Shown here piece by piece: positions 36,684-45,623 of a stretch of DNA of 64,000 bases. Position 1 is the stretch's first letter; each line of letters begins with the position of its first letter. Origin of the DNA: Patescibacteria group bacterium (GTDB taxonomy: Bacteria; Patescibacteriota; Doudnabacteria; UBA920); contig DAIMCS010000002.1 in the NCBI GenBank assembly GCA_036726225.1, forward strand, positions 123,743-187,742, in the 5' to 3' direction. Position numbers and translations under genes: made by a program. The notes beneath the pieces are model-generated. The model made no database searches and was not told where the DNA came from. It saw nothing but the letters and a program-made list of their open reading frames with translations.

Positions 36684-38135
36684 ATGCTGGAAACCGACCT
36701 GGAAAATATACTTTCAAAAGACGCCGCTAAAATTTATTTTGTCGGCATTGGCGGCATTGCTATGTCGGCCGCGGCAAACATTGCCGCTTCTTTTGGCTAT
36801 GAAATACAAGGTTCGGACAGCAAAGAAATTTACTCGCCTGCCAAGGACGTATTGGATGATTCTAAAATAAGTTATTTTAAAAGTTATTCCGAAGAAAACG
36901 TAAAAAATAGCAACGCAGATTTATTTGTGCTTTCTGCCGGGGAAGATTTAAACAATCCGGAAGTTAAATATATAGAAAAAAATAAATTACCTCACTTAGG
37001 CTTTCCCGAACTCATTTATTTTTTAACCAGGGATAAGCTAAGAGTGGTGGCCACGGGTACCCACGGCAAATCTACCACTACCGGCCTGCTCGGGCATATT
37101 TTTAAAAATCTAGACGACAGCTCCTTTATGGCCGGCGCTGTGCTGCAGAATTATTCCAGCAACTTTCATTTGGGCGTGGGCAACTATTTTGTCATTGAAG
37201 GCGACGAGTACAAGTCCGAATACGACGACCCCACGCCCAAATTCCATTATTACAAGGCTGACATTTTAGTTTTAACCAATTTGGAATATGACCACCCGGA
37301 CCTCTTCCCAAACTTTAAAGCCCTGGAAGATGAATTCCGCCACCTTATTGCCAATATGCCGCAAGACGGTCTAATTGTTTATAATGCCGACGATGTTAAT
37401 TTAAGCCGCCTGGTGCACGAGTCCAACGTCAGCAGCGCAAGTTATGGCATTGACAATGAGGCGGATTTTAGGGCAGAGCAAATTCAGTACGGGGAAGAGT
37501 TTACGACTATTGAAGTAATAAATAAATTTTCAAAAAATATTTCCAGCAAACTTTTGGGGCAAACTGAACAGTACAAAATTCAGCTGCCCGGAAAAATAAA
37601 CGTCTACAACGCGCTCGCGGCCATTGCGACGCTTCGTTCCTTAGGGTTTGCCCAGGACCAAATTGCCCTGGATTTACTTATTTATAAAGGCGTTAAAAGG
37701 CGTTTTGAAATTGTGGCAGTCAAAAAGGGGATTACAATTGTGGACGATTACGCCCATCACCCAACCGCAGTCAGGGAAACCCTTAACGCCGCGCGTTTAA
37801 AATTTCCAAAGTCAAAAATTTGGGCAATTTTTGAGCCACATACTTTTAGCCGCACAGAGGCAACATTGGAAGATTTAACCAAAAGCTTTGAAGGGGCCGA
37901 TGAAGTCTTAATTTCAGATATTTACCCGGCAAGAGAAAAGAAAACTAAGTCGTCAGTAACATCAGAACAAGTGGTGGAAGCGGTTAAACAAAACGCAAAA
38001 AATGCCAGGCTCATTCACAACAAAAAAGAAGCTTTGGAAATTTTGAAAAATGAAGTTAAGCCGGGCGAAGCCGTAATTATAATGGCCGTGGGCGATTTTA
38101 ACCGTTTGGCTTACGATTTAAAGGATATATTATAG
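36684..38135 (+). CDS. murC: UDP-N-acetylmuramate--L-alanine ligase
   Basis: KIYFVGIGGIAMSAAANIA, VATGTHGKSTTTGLL. Confidence 0.9.
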   Translation: MLETDLENILSKDAAKIYFVGIGGIAMSAAANIAASFGYEIQGSDSKEIYSPAKDVLDDSKISYFKSYSEENVKNSNADLFVLSAGEDLNNPEVKYIEKNKLPHLGFPELIYFLTRDKLRVVATGTHGKSTTTGLLGHIFKNLDDSSFMAGAVLQNYSSNFHLGVGNYFVIEGDEYKSEYDDPTPKFHYYKADILVLTNLEYDHPDLFPNFKALEDEFRHLIANMPQDGLIVYNADDVNLSRLVHESNVSSASYGIDNEADFRAEQIQYGEEFTTIEVINKFSKNISSKLLGQTEQYKIQLPGKINVYNALAAIATLRSLGFAQDQIALDLLIYKGVKRRFEIVAVKKGITIVDDYAHHPTAVRETLNAARLKFPKSKIWAIFEPHTFSRTEATLEDLTKSFEGADEVLISDIYPAREKKTKSSVTSEQVVEAVKQNAKNARLIHNKKEALEILKNEVKPGEAVIIMAVGDFNRLAYDLKDIL

Positions 38136-38136
38136 A

Positions 38137-39252
38137 ATGAAAATCCAGGAAAACGTTTTGCTAGCTCCATACACCACTTTTAAAATCGGCGGGCCGGCGA
38201 AGTTTTTTTGCATTGTAAACGACCAGTTCGATGCGCTTTCGGCCTATGACTTTGCGGACAAAAATCGGCTTAAAACCTTAGTTTTGGGCGGCGGAAGCAA
38301 TGTGTTAATTAGTGACAAAGGTTTTGACGGGCTTGTTTTAAAGGTGGAGAACAAGGGCATTGAAATTTTGTTTCAAAATGAAAATTTTGTAACCTTAAAA
38401 GTTGCTTCCGGTGAAAATTGGGATGAAGTTGTAAAATTTGCGGTAAAAAATAACTGGTGGGGGATTGAAAATCTTTCCCACATTCCCGGCTCCAGCGGGG
38501 CCATTGCCGTACAAAATGTTGGCGCTTACGGACAGGAAGCTAAAAATGTAATTGAATCGGTTGTGGTTTTTAACAAAGCCACTCACGAAATACAAAATTT
38601 GCAAACTCAAGATTGCCACTTTGCTTACCGCTCCAGTATTTTTAACGCCAGCCGCAAAGGTAATTTTATTATTTTTTATATTGTTTTTAAATTGTCCAAG
38701 ATGGCAAAACCTATTTTGTCTTACCGTGATCTGAAAAAGTACTTTCAGCTTTCAGAAACCCTCTCTGCCCCGGCTGTGCCGGGGCATCTCCCCCAAAAGG
38801 GGGAGAATAATAATGTATTATCGCTTGAAAAAATTCGCGAGGCGATAATCTATATACGTGACAAAAAATTCCCCTTTCCCACAGAGGCAAAAAAAGGGAA
38901 TGCCGGGTCATTTTTTAAGAATCCTGTTTTAAGTAAAGAACAATATAACGTGCTTAAAGAAACTCTTGATGTAAATTTTGGCACTCAAAAAGTTGCGGAG
39001 CTGGAAACAAAGCAATTTGTGGAAGAGGAAAAAATTAAAGTTCCGGCCGCTTTTTTAATAGACCTTTGCGGCTTAAAAGATCTGCAAGTCGGAGGCGCAG
39101 CAATTAACGCAAACCAGCCTTTGGTAATTGTAAATGAAAGCGGCACTGCGAGCGCACAAGACGTGCTTAGTTTGGCAAACAGGGTAAAAGCAGAGGTTAA
39201 AAATAAAACCGGTATTGAACTAATGTTTGAACCGGAGTTGATTGGTTTTTAA
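38137..39252 (+). CDS. murB: UDP-N-acetylenolpyruvoylglucosamine reductase carrying an in-frame twin-hairpin insertion
   Basis: FAD-binding N-terminus TTFKIGGPAKFFCIV...LVLGGGSNVLISDKGFDG. Insert ...APAVPGHLPQKGENNNV... at 38767-38815. Confidence 0.88.
   Translation: MKIQENVLLAPYTTFKIGGPAKFFCIVNDQFDALSAYDFADKNRLKTLVLGGGSNVLISDKGFDGLVLKVENKGIEILFQNENFVTLKVASGENWDEVVKFAVKNNWWGIENLSHIPGSSGAIAVQNVGAYGQEAKNVIESVVVFNKATHEIQNLQTQDCHFAYRSSIFNASRKGNFIIFYIVFKLSKMAKPILSYRDLKKYFQLSETLSAPAVPGHLPQKGENNNVLSLEKIREAIIYIRDKKFPFPTEAKKGNAGSFFKNPVLSKEQYNVLKETLDVNFGTQKVAELETKQFVEEEKIKVPAAFLIDLCGLKDLQVGGAAINANQPLVIVNESGTASAQDVLSLANRVKAEVKNKTGIELMFEPELIGF
38767..38815. repeat. Twin-hairpin mini-element (gccccggctgtgccggggc + tctcccccaaaagggggaga + ATAATAATG) in frame inside murB
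   Basis: Same architecture at 49744-49795 (upstream of secD) and single G5/C5 hairpins at 46849-46869 (in pepN) and 52264-52291 (secF terminator). Confidence 0.75.
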
Positions 39253-39406
39253 AAATTTGGTATAGTTTAAATGTGCAAAGAACAAAAATAATGAAAGCGC
39301 TAATAATTTTTGCAATTCTATTAATCCTAAGTTTTATAATATTTGTTTTGTATCAGCTGACTGTCGTTGGAGATTCATTTCTTAAAGGTTCTCAATTTTA
39401 GATAAT

Positions 39407-39727
39407 ATGAACATAAACATCAAAGCGACAAACACTACATTAACTCCGTCTATTAGGGGCTTTATTGAAGAAAAACTGGAAAGCTTGGCAAAATTTATTA
39501 AAGAAGAAGACAAAATCCGCGTAGAAATAGAAGTGGACAAAAAACGCACTGGTGAGGCTCGTTTTAGGGCGGAAATAGACATTCAACCCCGCGGGCATTA
39601 CGCAGAGGCAAGGGGAGTGGATGAATACGCGGCAATAGATTTAGTTTTGCCAAAAATTAAAGAGCAGCTAACCCGAAAAAAGGACAAGGAAGTCAGCCTA
39701 AGAAGGAGAAGAACAAAGCTTAGGTAA
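39407..39727 (+). CDS. hpf: Ribosome hibernation promoting factor / ribosome-associated inhibitor A
   Basis: [35 protein letters not shown]...VEIEVD...[26 protein letters not shown]. Confidence 0.85.
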   Translation: MNINIKATNTTLTPSIRGFIEEKLESLAKFIKEEDKIRVEIEVDKKRTGEARFRAEIDIQPRGHYAEARGVDEYAAIDLVLPKIKEQLTRKKDKEVSLRRRRTKLR

Positions 39728-39743
39728 TAAGGGATAATTTACT

Positions 39744-39772
39744 TGACAAAGCCAGTTTTAGGATATAAAATA
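39744..39772 (+). promoter_or_regulatory. Canonical sigma70-type promoter TTGACA-N17-TAAAAT at the left edge of the GC-rich islet
   Basis: ttacTTGACAaagccagttttaggataTAAAAT. Confidence 0.55.
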
Positions 39773-39785
39773 ATTTTAGTGAAAA

Positions 39786-39935
39786 AAATACTCAAAATTT
39801 CTAATGGGATTGGTTTTTGGTTTTATTTTACTCCGGCAGTTGAGCCCGGAAATTTTGAGTTGATTACCAAGTAGTTTTGTAAAATAATCGACTTTAAATC
39901 TCCGGCCTCAACGAGGCCGGTTTTGTTTTTTGCAG
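39786..39935 (+). ncRNA. Candidate structured leader or small RNA (promoter to intrinsic terminator, ~150 nt) upstream of the strong-SD Cys-rich ORF
   Basis: Long-range complementarity actcaaaatttc / gaaattttgagt. Terminal hairpin ccggcctcaacgaggccgg plus T7 at 39902-39933. The RBS of the next ORF lies 40 nt downstream. Confidence 0.35.
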
Positions 39936-39986
39936 TTTTCCAAATCGCTGTGTGGATGTGAGCAAAACAAGCAAGGAGGATTGATT

Positions 39987-40259
39987 ATGGCTAACCCGTT
40001 CGATTGGCATGGAACAAGCCGCGATATGTGCGGACAAGTTTGTTATATCTTTGAAGTCAAAAACCTGTCGGGACTTCGGAAGAAAAAAAGAAGGCGTAAG
40101 CCCGCGACTTACCTCATTAAAGCCAGGACCGAAATTGGCACGAATATAAAGTTTTACTGTCGGCTTACAGCTGGCCAATGGAAAGTCTGGAGAGTTCCTA
40201 GAGGGATGCCAAACCCAAAACGGCAAGTATCTCGTGTTTCCTTTGGTGACAGCCGTTGA
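39987..40259 (+). CDS. Small basic Cys-containing hypothetical protein (90 aa)
   Basis: AGGAGG 8 nt upstream of the ATG; perfect terminator hairpin agcaggaagcgaatttacattcgcttcctgc at 40268-40298; GC and codon use differ from the surrounding genes. Confidence 0.55.
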   Translation: MANPFDWHGTSRDMCGQVCYIFEVKNLSGLRKKKRRRKPATYLIKARTEIGTNIKFYCRLTAGQWKVWRVPRGMPNPKRQVSRVSFGDSR

Positions 40260-40409
40260 AAGTGCCTAGCAGGAAGCGAATTTACATTCGCTTCCTGCGT
40301 CACAATACTAATTACTTTTTTATGAGAACAATAAACTCAAAATTATATATTTCCATTTGGTGGGTTTTGCAATTCCCGCAAAGCCGTCTTTAAGCGTGTT
40401 TAGTTACAA

Positions 40410-40446
40410 AAACATCCCGACGGCCGTCGGGATGTTTTTGTTTTGG
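40410..40446. terminator. Terminator hairpin, followed by a 15-bp palindrome GATTGTCAAACAATC (40455-40469, -35/operator-like)
   Basis: aaaacatcccgacggccgtcgggatgtttttgtttt. Confidence 0.65.
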
Positions 40447-40506
40447 CTTTTGATTGTCAAACAATCGAGAGCCAGCACAAAAGCTGGAGAAGGCAGGAGG
40501 AATATT

Positions 40507-40878
40507 ATGTCAGAGGAGATCGTCCGTTGGTGTTTTGTTCAGTTGGTATATGAGCGTTTTGTAAGACAGTTAATGGATGCCGAGGAAGAAGAAAGATTTA
40601 CAATCCATCTTTCCAGGTGTGCTTTATGCCGAAATGCCGTGGAGCAGACAGATGAGGAGCTGGCGCAAGCCAAGCTTGAAGCCGGAGAAAAAAAAGTACG
40701 CTTGCTCATTCGGCAAATTGGCAGAACGAAACACAACATGAGGAAAGTTCGCGCAATCAACGGTAAAAGGGTCTTAAAAAACAACGAAGCTAGAGAGCGA
40801 CAGATTAAAATAATGGAAGGACAACTGCTTGAAGCGGAGGCAAATATTTTTGCTTTGAGATGTAAGTATTTGCCATGA
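40507..40878 (+). CDS. Hypothetical coiled-coil protein (123 aa; ORF track start 40357 lies inside a terminator, so the AGGAGG-served ATG at 40507 is used)
   Basis: ggcAGGAGGaatattATG; terminator aagacagg...ccctgtcttatttttt after the stop. Confidence 0.55.
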   Translation: MSEEIVRWCFVQLVYERFVRQLMDAEEEERFTIHLSRCALCRNAVEQTDEELAQAKLEAGEKKVRLLIRQIGRTKHNMRKVRAINGKRVLKNNEARERQIKIMEGQLLEAEANIFALRCKYLP

Positions 40879-40910
40879 TCTCAACTAATAAGACAGGATT
40901 TGTCCCTGTC

Positions 40911-41204
40911 TTATTTTTTGTAATATTTTTTCCAAATAGTATTAAAGCCGCCGTTTTTGTTAAGCAGTTCTTTCACGCCTCTGTTTATGGTTGCCACTCC
41001 TACTTTTAGGCGTTTGGCAATTTCGCGATGGGGGATTTTTGCTTTAAGCATTTTAACTATTTGCCAGCGTACCGCCATTTCAGAATATTCTGCATGCGAA
41101 AGCAGATCGAACAAAAATTCGCGTAAAAGTTTTTTATCCCGCTCTTTTGAAATTTTACCAATAAGCTCCTCCAGCTCTACTCCGTATTCGTGTTTATACT
41201 TCAT
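40911..41204 (-). CDS. TrpR-like YerC/YecD family DNA-binding protein
   Basis: 97 aa, ...EMAVRWQIVKMLKAKIPHREIAKRLKVGVATINRGVKEL... helix-turn-helix typical of YerC/YecD. Confidence 0.65.
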   Translation of the reverse strand: MKYKHEYGVELEELIGKISKERDKKLLREFLFDLLSHAEYSEMAVRWQIVKMLKAKIPHREIAKRLKVGVATINRGVKELLNKNGGFNTIWKKYYKK

Positions 41205-41217
41205 TTTGTATTGCGTG

Positions 41218-41322
41218 TTAGCGTACTAGTACAGTAGCACGCAGCAGGGTTTTATTTCAAGCTGTGGATAAAAATTATTAAAATAAATAAAATTCGATGT
41301 TTCAGCGTACTAGTACGCTATT
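41218..41322. promoter_or_regulatory. Divergent control region with two copies of the palindromic core AGCGTACTAGTAC(GCT)
   Basis: gttAGCGTACTAGTACagtagcacgc (41218-41243) and ttCAGCGTACTAGTACGCTattgac (41303-41327). A perfect 22-bp version lies inside the GT4 gene at 31720-31741. Confidence 0.5.
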
Positions 41323-41394
41323 GACTAAAGGAATTGGTTCAATGTACGCTAAGTGAAGTTCGTGCAAAAAAATACACCAGTAAGGAGGAAGTAA

Positions 41395-41604
41395 GTGACG
41401 CAGGAAGCTGCTCGTTTGGATACTTGCCCTCAAGGAACATCTTTTTGCTATTGGATGGAACAAAAATCCAGGAGCGTTGAAGGCTCGGTGATTGTGTTTT
41501 GTTCCACCTGTGACAAGGCCAGATGCAAAGAATGCTGGAAACCGGCGGTCCAAGTTGAGGGAACTGACAAATACCGGTGTCCGGACTTATGTAAGGCAAG
41601 CTAG
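41395..41604 (+). CDS. Small Cys-rich (8 Cys) hypothetical protein, GTG start
   Basis: AAGGAGG 7 nt upstream; CxxxxxxC...CxxC...CxxC...CxxxC pattern; two terminator hairpins downstream (41618-41640; 41655-41712). Confidence 0.5.
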   Translation: MTQEAARLDTCPQGTSFCYWMEQKSRSVEGSVIVFCSTCDKARCKECWKPAVQVEGTDKYRCPDLCKAS

Positions 41605-41726
41605 CGGCAAAATCGCCCGGGCTGAGAGCAATCTCAGCCTGTCTTTTATTTGAAAATAAAAATAACCGTGAACGGAATGCAAGCAGTTGGCTGCTCTTTT
41701 CCGTTCACGGTTTTTGCTTTTGGGCT

Positions 41727-41953
41727 TTAGGGTTTTGCTTTCCTGATGGGAGCCAGGAGGAACTTTATGTCGGTCTCCTCGCCCTCAATTTTGTAGCGCT
41801 TGGCTTGTTTAGTCCGGAGACTTGTAATGGCCACACCTTTTTTGTAAAACTGTGCCGCCTTGCCGGTCTTTAGGTCGTGCCTTGTAAATTTTGATCCGCC
41901 TTTGATCAAAACCCGTGTGGCTATCGATGAGGTCACTAGCCGTTCAATTACCA
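41727..41953 (-). CDS. Small basic hypothetical protein (75 aa; strong-SD start MVIERL)
   Basis: gaAGGAGGGct ATG on the minus strand; the ORF-track N-terminal extension lacks an RBS. Confidence 0.5.
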
Positions 41954-42088
41954 TAGCCCTCCTTCTTAAGTTTGGGAACACAATGATGCTAACTTTACCA
42001 TAGGTACTTTTAGTTGTAAATAAAAAAACCGCCTTAAGCGGGAAGAACAGGGACGCAAGAGGGGTGCCTCTTGCGTCCCTTACATGGT

Positions 42089-42292
42089 TTAGGCTTCAAC
42101 TAAGCATTCCCAGCGTTTTGGGCCCGAAATTTTGTATATCCAATTGCAATCGGACCATACTGCTGTGAGAAATCGTCCGTCGGCAAGTACTACCGAACCT
42201 TCTGTGTTCTGGGCCCCTTTTAGGGTCTCCTGGGTAACGCCCGCAATTTCCAGGGCTTGGAATCGTTTAATCCAGGTCGAATCGTCGTCCAT
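42089..42292 (-). CDS. Small hypothetical protein (67 aa)
   Basis: ORF with downstream terminator hairpin gggacgcaagaggggtgcctcttgcgtccc (42043-42072); weak RBS. Confidence 0.35.
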   Translation of the reverse strand: MDDDSTWIKRFQALEIAGVTQETLKGAQNTEGSVVLADGRFLTAVWSDCNWIYKISGPKRWECLVEA

Positions 42293-42474
42293 AATTACCT
42301 CGTGGGATTGGGGTTATGTGGTGTTTCGTCGCCTTAGCTATGGCATCCTCCTTCAAAGCGCACTCTACCAAAAATTGCCTTTTTAGGCAAGGTTTTAAGC
42401 TTTTCAGGCAGGGCTTTTTTTGTTATAATCAAACAGTTATCCAGTACTGCCTATAGACTATTTACTACTAATTT

Positions 42475-45198
42475 ATGTCTTTTTTAAGCAATTTATTTAG
42501 CGGACAAAAGAACCCTTTGGACAGGTTTTCCAAAGAGCTTTTGGAAGTTAACAGTTACAGGGAAGAAGTGGAAAAGCTCACACAGGAGCAAATGAGAAAA
42601 GAAGTGACAAGTTACAAGTCACAAGTAACAAGTTTAGAAACTGACAAAGAGATTTTTTTAAAGCTTCAGCAAATTGCTCCCAGGGTTTTTGCCCTAATCC
42701 GCGAAGCCGCAAAAAGGTCCATTGGCCAGTTCCATTACGACGTCCAGCTCGCCGGCGGTTTTGTTTTGTCCAGCGGGAAAATTGCTGAAATGAAAACCGG
42801 AGAAGGAAAAACTCTAACTGCGACTTTGCCGCTCGGGCTTTTTGCGCTTGCAGGCAAAGGCGCGCATTTGGTCACAGTAAACGACTATTTAGCCAGGTGG
42901 CAAGCCTCTCTTATGGGCCCGGTTTTCCATTATCTTGGACTTTCTACTTCATCCATTCAGCACGAAGCCTCGTTTTTGTACGACTCAAGCTACCAGCCAG
43001 AACAGGAAGAAATTACCAAGCTCGAAGGCGAGACCCAGGGTTTGGTAATGGATGTAAAACATATGCGGCCGGTTAAACGCAAAGAAGCCTACGCCGCGGA
43101 TATAACTTACGGCACCAACAACGAATATGGCTTTGACTATTTGCGCGACAATATGGCGCAAAACGTTTCGCAAATAGTTCAGCGCGAATTGTTTTTTGCA
43201 ATTGTCGACGAAGTTGACTCTATTTTAATAGATGAAGCGCGTACCCCTCTTATCATTAGCATGCCGGACGCAGAGCCAACCAGCAAGTATTACGATTTTG
43301 CCAAATTAGTTGAGCGGTTAGACGAAAGCACAGACTATATAGTTGACGAAAAGCACAAATCAGCATCGCTGACCGATGCGGGCATTAATAAAATTGAAAG
43401 CATTTTAAAAGTGCCGAACATTTACGACACTTCCAAAGGCGTTACTACCATCCACCATATTGAACAGGCTTTAAGGGCCAGGACTTTGTTTAAAAAAGAC
43501 AGGGACTATGTGGTGCGTGAAGGCGAAATTATTATTGTAGACGAATTTACCGGGCGTTTAATGTTTGGCCGCAGGTATTCAGAAGGACTGCACCAGGCAA
43601 TTGAGGCAAAAGAAAACGTAAAAATCCAGCAGGAAAGCAAAACCCTTGCCACCATAACCTTCCAAAATTTATTTAGGCTTTACAAAAAACTTTCGGGTAT
43701 GACCGGAACGGCCAAAACCGAGGAAGAGGAGTTCTTTAAAATTTATCAGCTTACAGTTGAGCAAATCCCAACCCATAGGCCAATGGTAAGGGCAGACGGC
43801 GCGGATATGATTTATAAAACTGAGGAAGCCAAGTTTAAAGCTATTGCAAAAGAAGTAAAAGAACGCCACAAAAAAGGCCAGCCGGTTTTAATTGGTACGG
43901 TAAGCATTGCCAAAAACGAAATGCTGGCAGAAGTTTTAAAGAGCGAAGGGCTGACTTTTGAAATTTTAAACGCTAAAAACCACGAACGTGAGGCGCATAT
44001 TATTTCCCAGGCCGGCCGCTTGGGGCAAATTACTTTGGCCACTAACATTGCCGGTCGCGGTGTGGACATTTTGCTCGGCGGCAACCCCATAGACCAGCAG
44101 GAGGCCAAAGCTGTGCGAGATGCGGGTGGTCTGCACATTTTGGGCACGGAGCGCCACGAATCGCGCCGTATAGACAACCAGCTTCGCGGGCGCGCCGGCC
44201 GTCAGGGTGACCCGGGGTCTTCGCAGTTTTTTGTTTCTATGGAAGATGACCTTATGCGCCTTTTTGGCGGCGAGCGGATGAAGTCCTTAATGACCACTTT
44301 GGGCCTGCCGGACGACCAGCCAATTGAAGCAAAATTGGTTTCGCGGTCTATTGAGTCTGCGCAAAAGAAAATTGAAGGCTTAAACTTTGACACCAGAAAA
44401 CACGTGCTTGAATTTGACGACGTATTAAACCACCAGCGCAACGTAATTTACAAAAGGCGCCGCGCGTTTTTGGCAGACACAGAAGAAAGCAAACAGGGGG
44501 ATTTGAAAAAAGAAATTTTGGAAATGGTGGAAAAGGAAATTGGGGAGCTGGTGACAACTAATTTAAATGCGTTAGACGAACTTGGCAATAAAAAAGAGGA
44601 CTGGGATAATTTGTTTAAAACTGCAAACAGCATAATTCCTGTTGATCAGAATCTTATTGCTAAAATAAAAGAAGAAGCAAAAAATGCGGCAGACAGGGAA
44701 TTTGCAGTTGCCGATGTGCTATATAAAGCAGCGGCTGATTTTTGGGAAAAGAAAGAGCAGGAAATGGGCAGGGAGGTTTTTGAAGGCGCGCAACGGTTTG
44801 TGGCTTTGCAGTCTTTAGACAACCTTTGGATGGAGCATTTGGACACTATGGACCATTTGCGCGACTCGGTAAGGCTCCGCGGCTATGGCCAAAGGGATCC
44901 GCTTGTTGAGTACAAAAAAGAAGGGCATTTAATGTTCCAGCGTTTGACCGCAGAAATAAACAAGCAAATTGTCTTTACTATTTTCCACATAAGTGTCCAA
45001 GCCAAGCCACAGCAACAGGTCCAGCCAATGAATTTGAATTTATCGAGTCAATCAGCGAATCAGTCAATCAGCGAATCAGCTGATAAAAGTGTGGGCAGAA
45101 ACGAGCCTTGCCCCTGCGGCAGCGGGAAGAAATGGAAAAAATGCGGGATGATAAATTCCCAAGAACATCAAACGAATATATCTAAAACTAATCACTAA
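42475..45198 (+). CDS. secA: Preprotein translocase ATPase SecA
   Basis: DVQLAGGFVL, MKTGEGKTLTATLP (Walker A), DEVDSILIDEARTPLIIS; C-terminal zinc motif CPCGSGKKWKKCG. Confidence 0.95.
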   Translation: MSFLSNLFSGQKNPLDRFSKELLEVNSYREEVEKLTQEQMRKEVTSYKSQVTSLETDKEIFLKLQQIAPRVFALIREAAKRSIGQFHYDVQLAGGFVLSSGKIAEMKTGEGKTLTATLPLGLFALAGKGAHLVTVNDYLARWQASLMGPVFHYLGLSTSSIQHEASFLYDSSYQPEQEEITKLEGETQGLVMDVKHMRPVKRKEAYAADITYGTNNEYGFDYLRDNMAQNVSQIVQRELFFAIVDEVDSILIDEARTPLIISMPDAEPTSKYYDFAKLVERLDESTDYIVDEKHKSASLTDAGINKIESILKVPNIYDTSKGVTTIHHIEQALRARTLFKKDRDYVVREGEIIIVDEFTGRLMFGRRYSEGLHQAIEAKENVKIQQESKTLATITFQNLFRLYKKLSGMTGTAKTEEEEFFKIYQLTVEQIPTHRPMVRADGADMIYKTEEAKFKAIAKEVKERHKKGQPVLIGTVSIAKNEMLAEVLKSEGLTFEILNAKNHEREAHIISQAGRLGQITLATNIAGRGVDILLGGNPIDQQEAKAVRDAGGLHILGTERHESRRIDNQLRGRAGRQGDPGSSQFFVSMEDDLMRLFGGERMKSLMTTLGLPDDQPIEAKLVSRSIESAQKKIEGLNFDTRKHVLEFDDVLNHQRNVIYKRRRAFLADTEESKQGDLKKEILEMVEKEIGELVTTNLNALDELGNKKEDWDNLFKTANSIIPVDQNLIAKIKEEAKNAADREFAVADVLYKAAADFWEKKEQEMGREVFEGAQRFVALQSLDNLWMEHLDTMDHLRDSVRLRGYGQRDPLVEYKKEGHLMFQRLTAEINKQIVFTIFHISVQAKPQQQVQPMNLNLSSQSANQSISESADKSVGRNEPCPCGSGKKWKKCGMINSQEHQTNISKTNH

Positions 45199-45223
45199 CA
45201 ACTAATTACTATTCACTAACCCT

Positions 45224-45532
45224 ATGCCCAACGATTTCGTAAAAAAAGAACCCACAAAAAACGAAAAAATGCTCCAGGAATTGGCTATGGCCCAGTACCA
45301 AATGGAAAGGGGACTTTGGTCCACTTCTACTTTAGTTATGGTTTTGTCCATACTCACCAAACAAAAACCCGAAGATGTGGCTGACTTAATGGTCAACGGC
45401 GACGAAAAAATAAAAGAGTTCAGCAACAAAGTTAATGAAGTTGTAAGGAAGCTGGAAGCAGAAAAACATCCGGAAAAACACGGCCAGAGTCACGAAGGCC
45501 ACAACCACAGTGATCATAATCACGAACACTAA
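45224..45532 (+). CDS. Small hypothetical protein with His-rich C-terminus (HEGHNHSDHNHEH)
   Basis: ORF only; possible metal-binding tail. Confidence 0.4.
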   Translation: MPNDFVKKEPTKNEKMLQELAMAQYQMERGLWSTSTLVMVLSILTKQKPEDVADLMVNGDEKIKEFSNKVNEVVRKLEAEKHPEKHGQSHEGHNHSDHNHEH

Positions 45533-45539
45533 GAACAAA

Positions 45540-45616
45540 TGTCATTGCGATCCGCCAAAGGCGGAGAAGCAATCCAAAATAAGATTGCTTCGTCGCTATC
45601 GCTCCTCGCAATGACA
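45540..45616. mobile_element. 77-bp MITE-like element with perfect 11-bp TIRs TGTCATTGCGA / TCGCAATGACA and an internal hairpin
   Basis: Read directly; the TIR is related to TGTCATCCCGA of the 15499 element. Confidence 0.75.
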
Positions 45617-45623
45617 GAAATGT

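Noticed and set aside
39291-39401. 36-aa hydrophobic mini-ORF ([36 protein letters not shown]) between murB and hpf
   Set aside because: No RBS or promoter is evident. AT-rich hydrophobic mini-ORFs arise easily by chance in low-GC DNA.
40357-40506. ORF-track start of the 173-aa ORF
   Set aside because: The upstream part runs through an intrinsic terminator hairpin and a promoter-like palindrome. The SD-served ATG at 40507 is the credible start.
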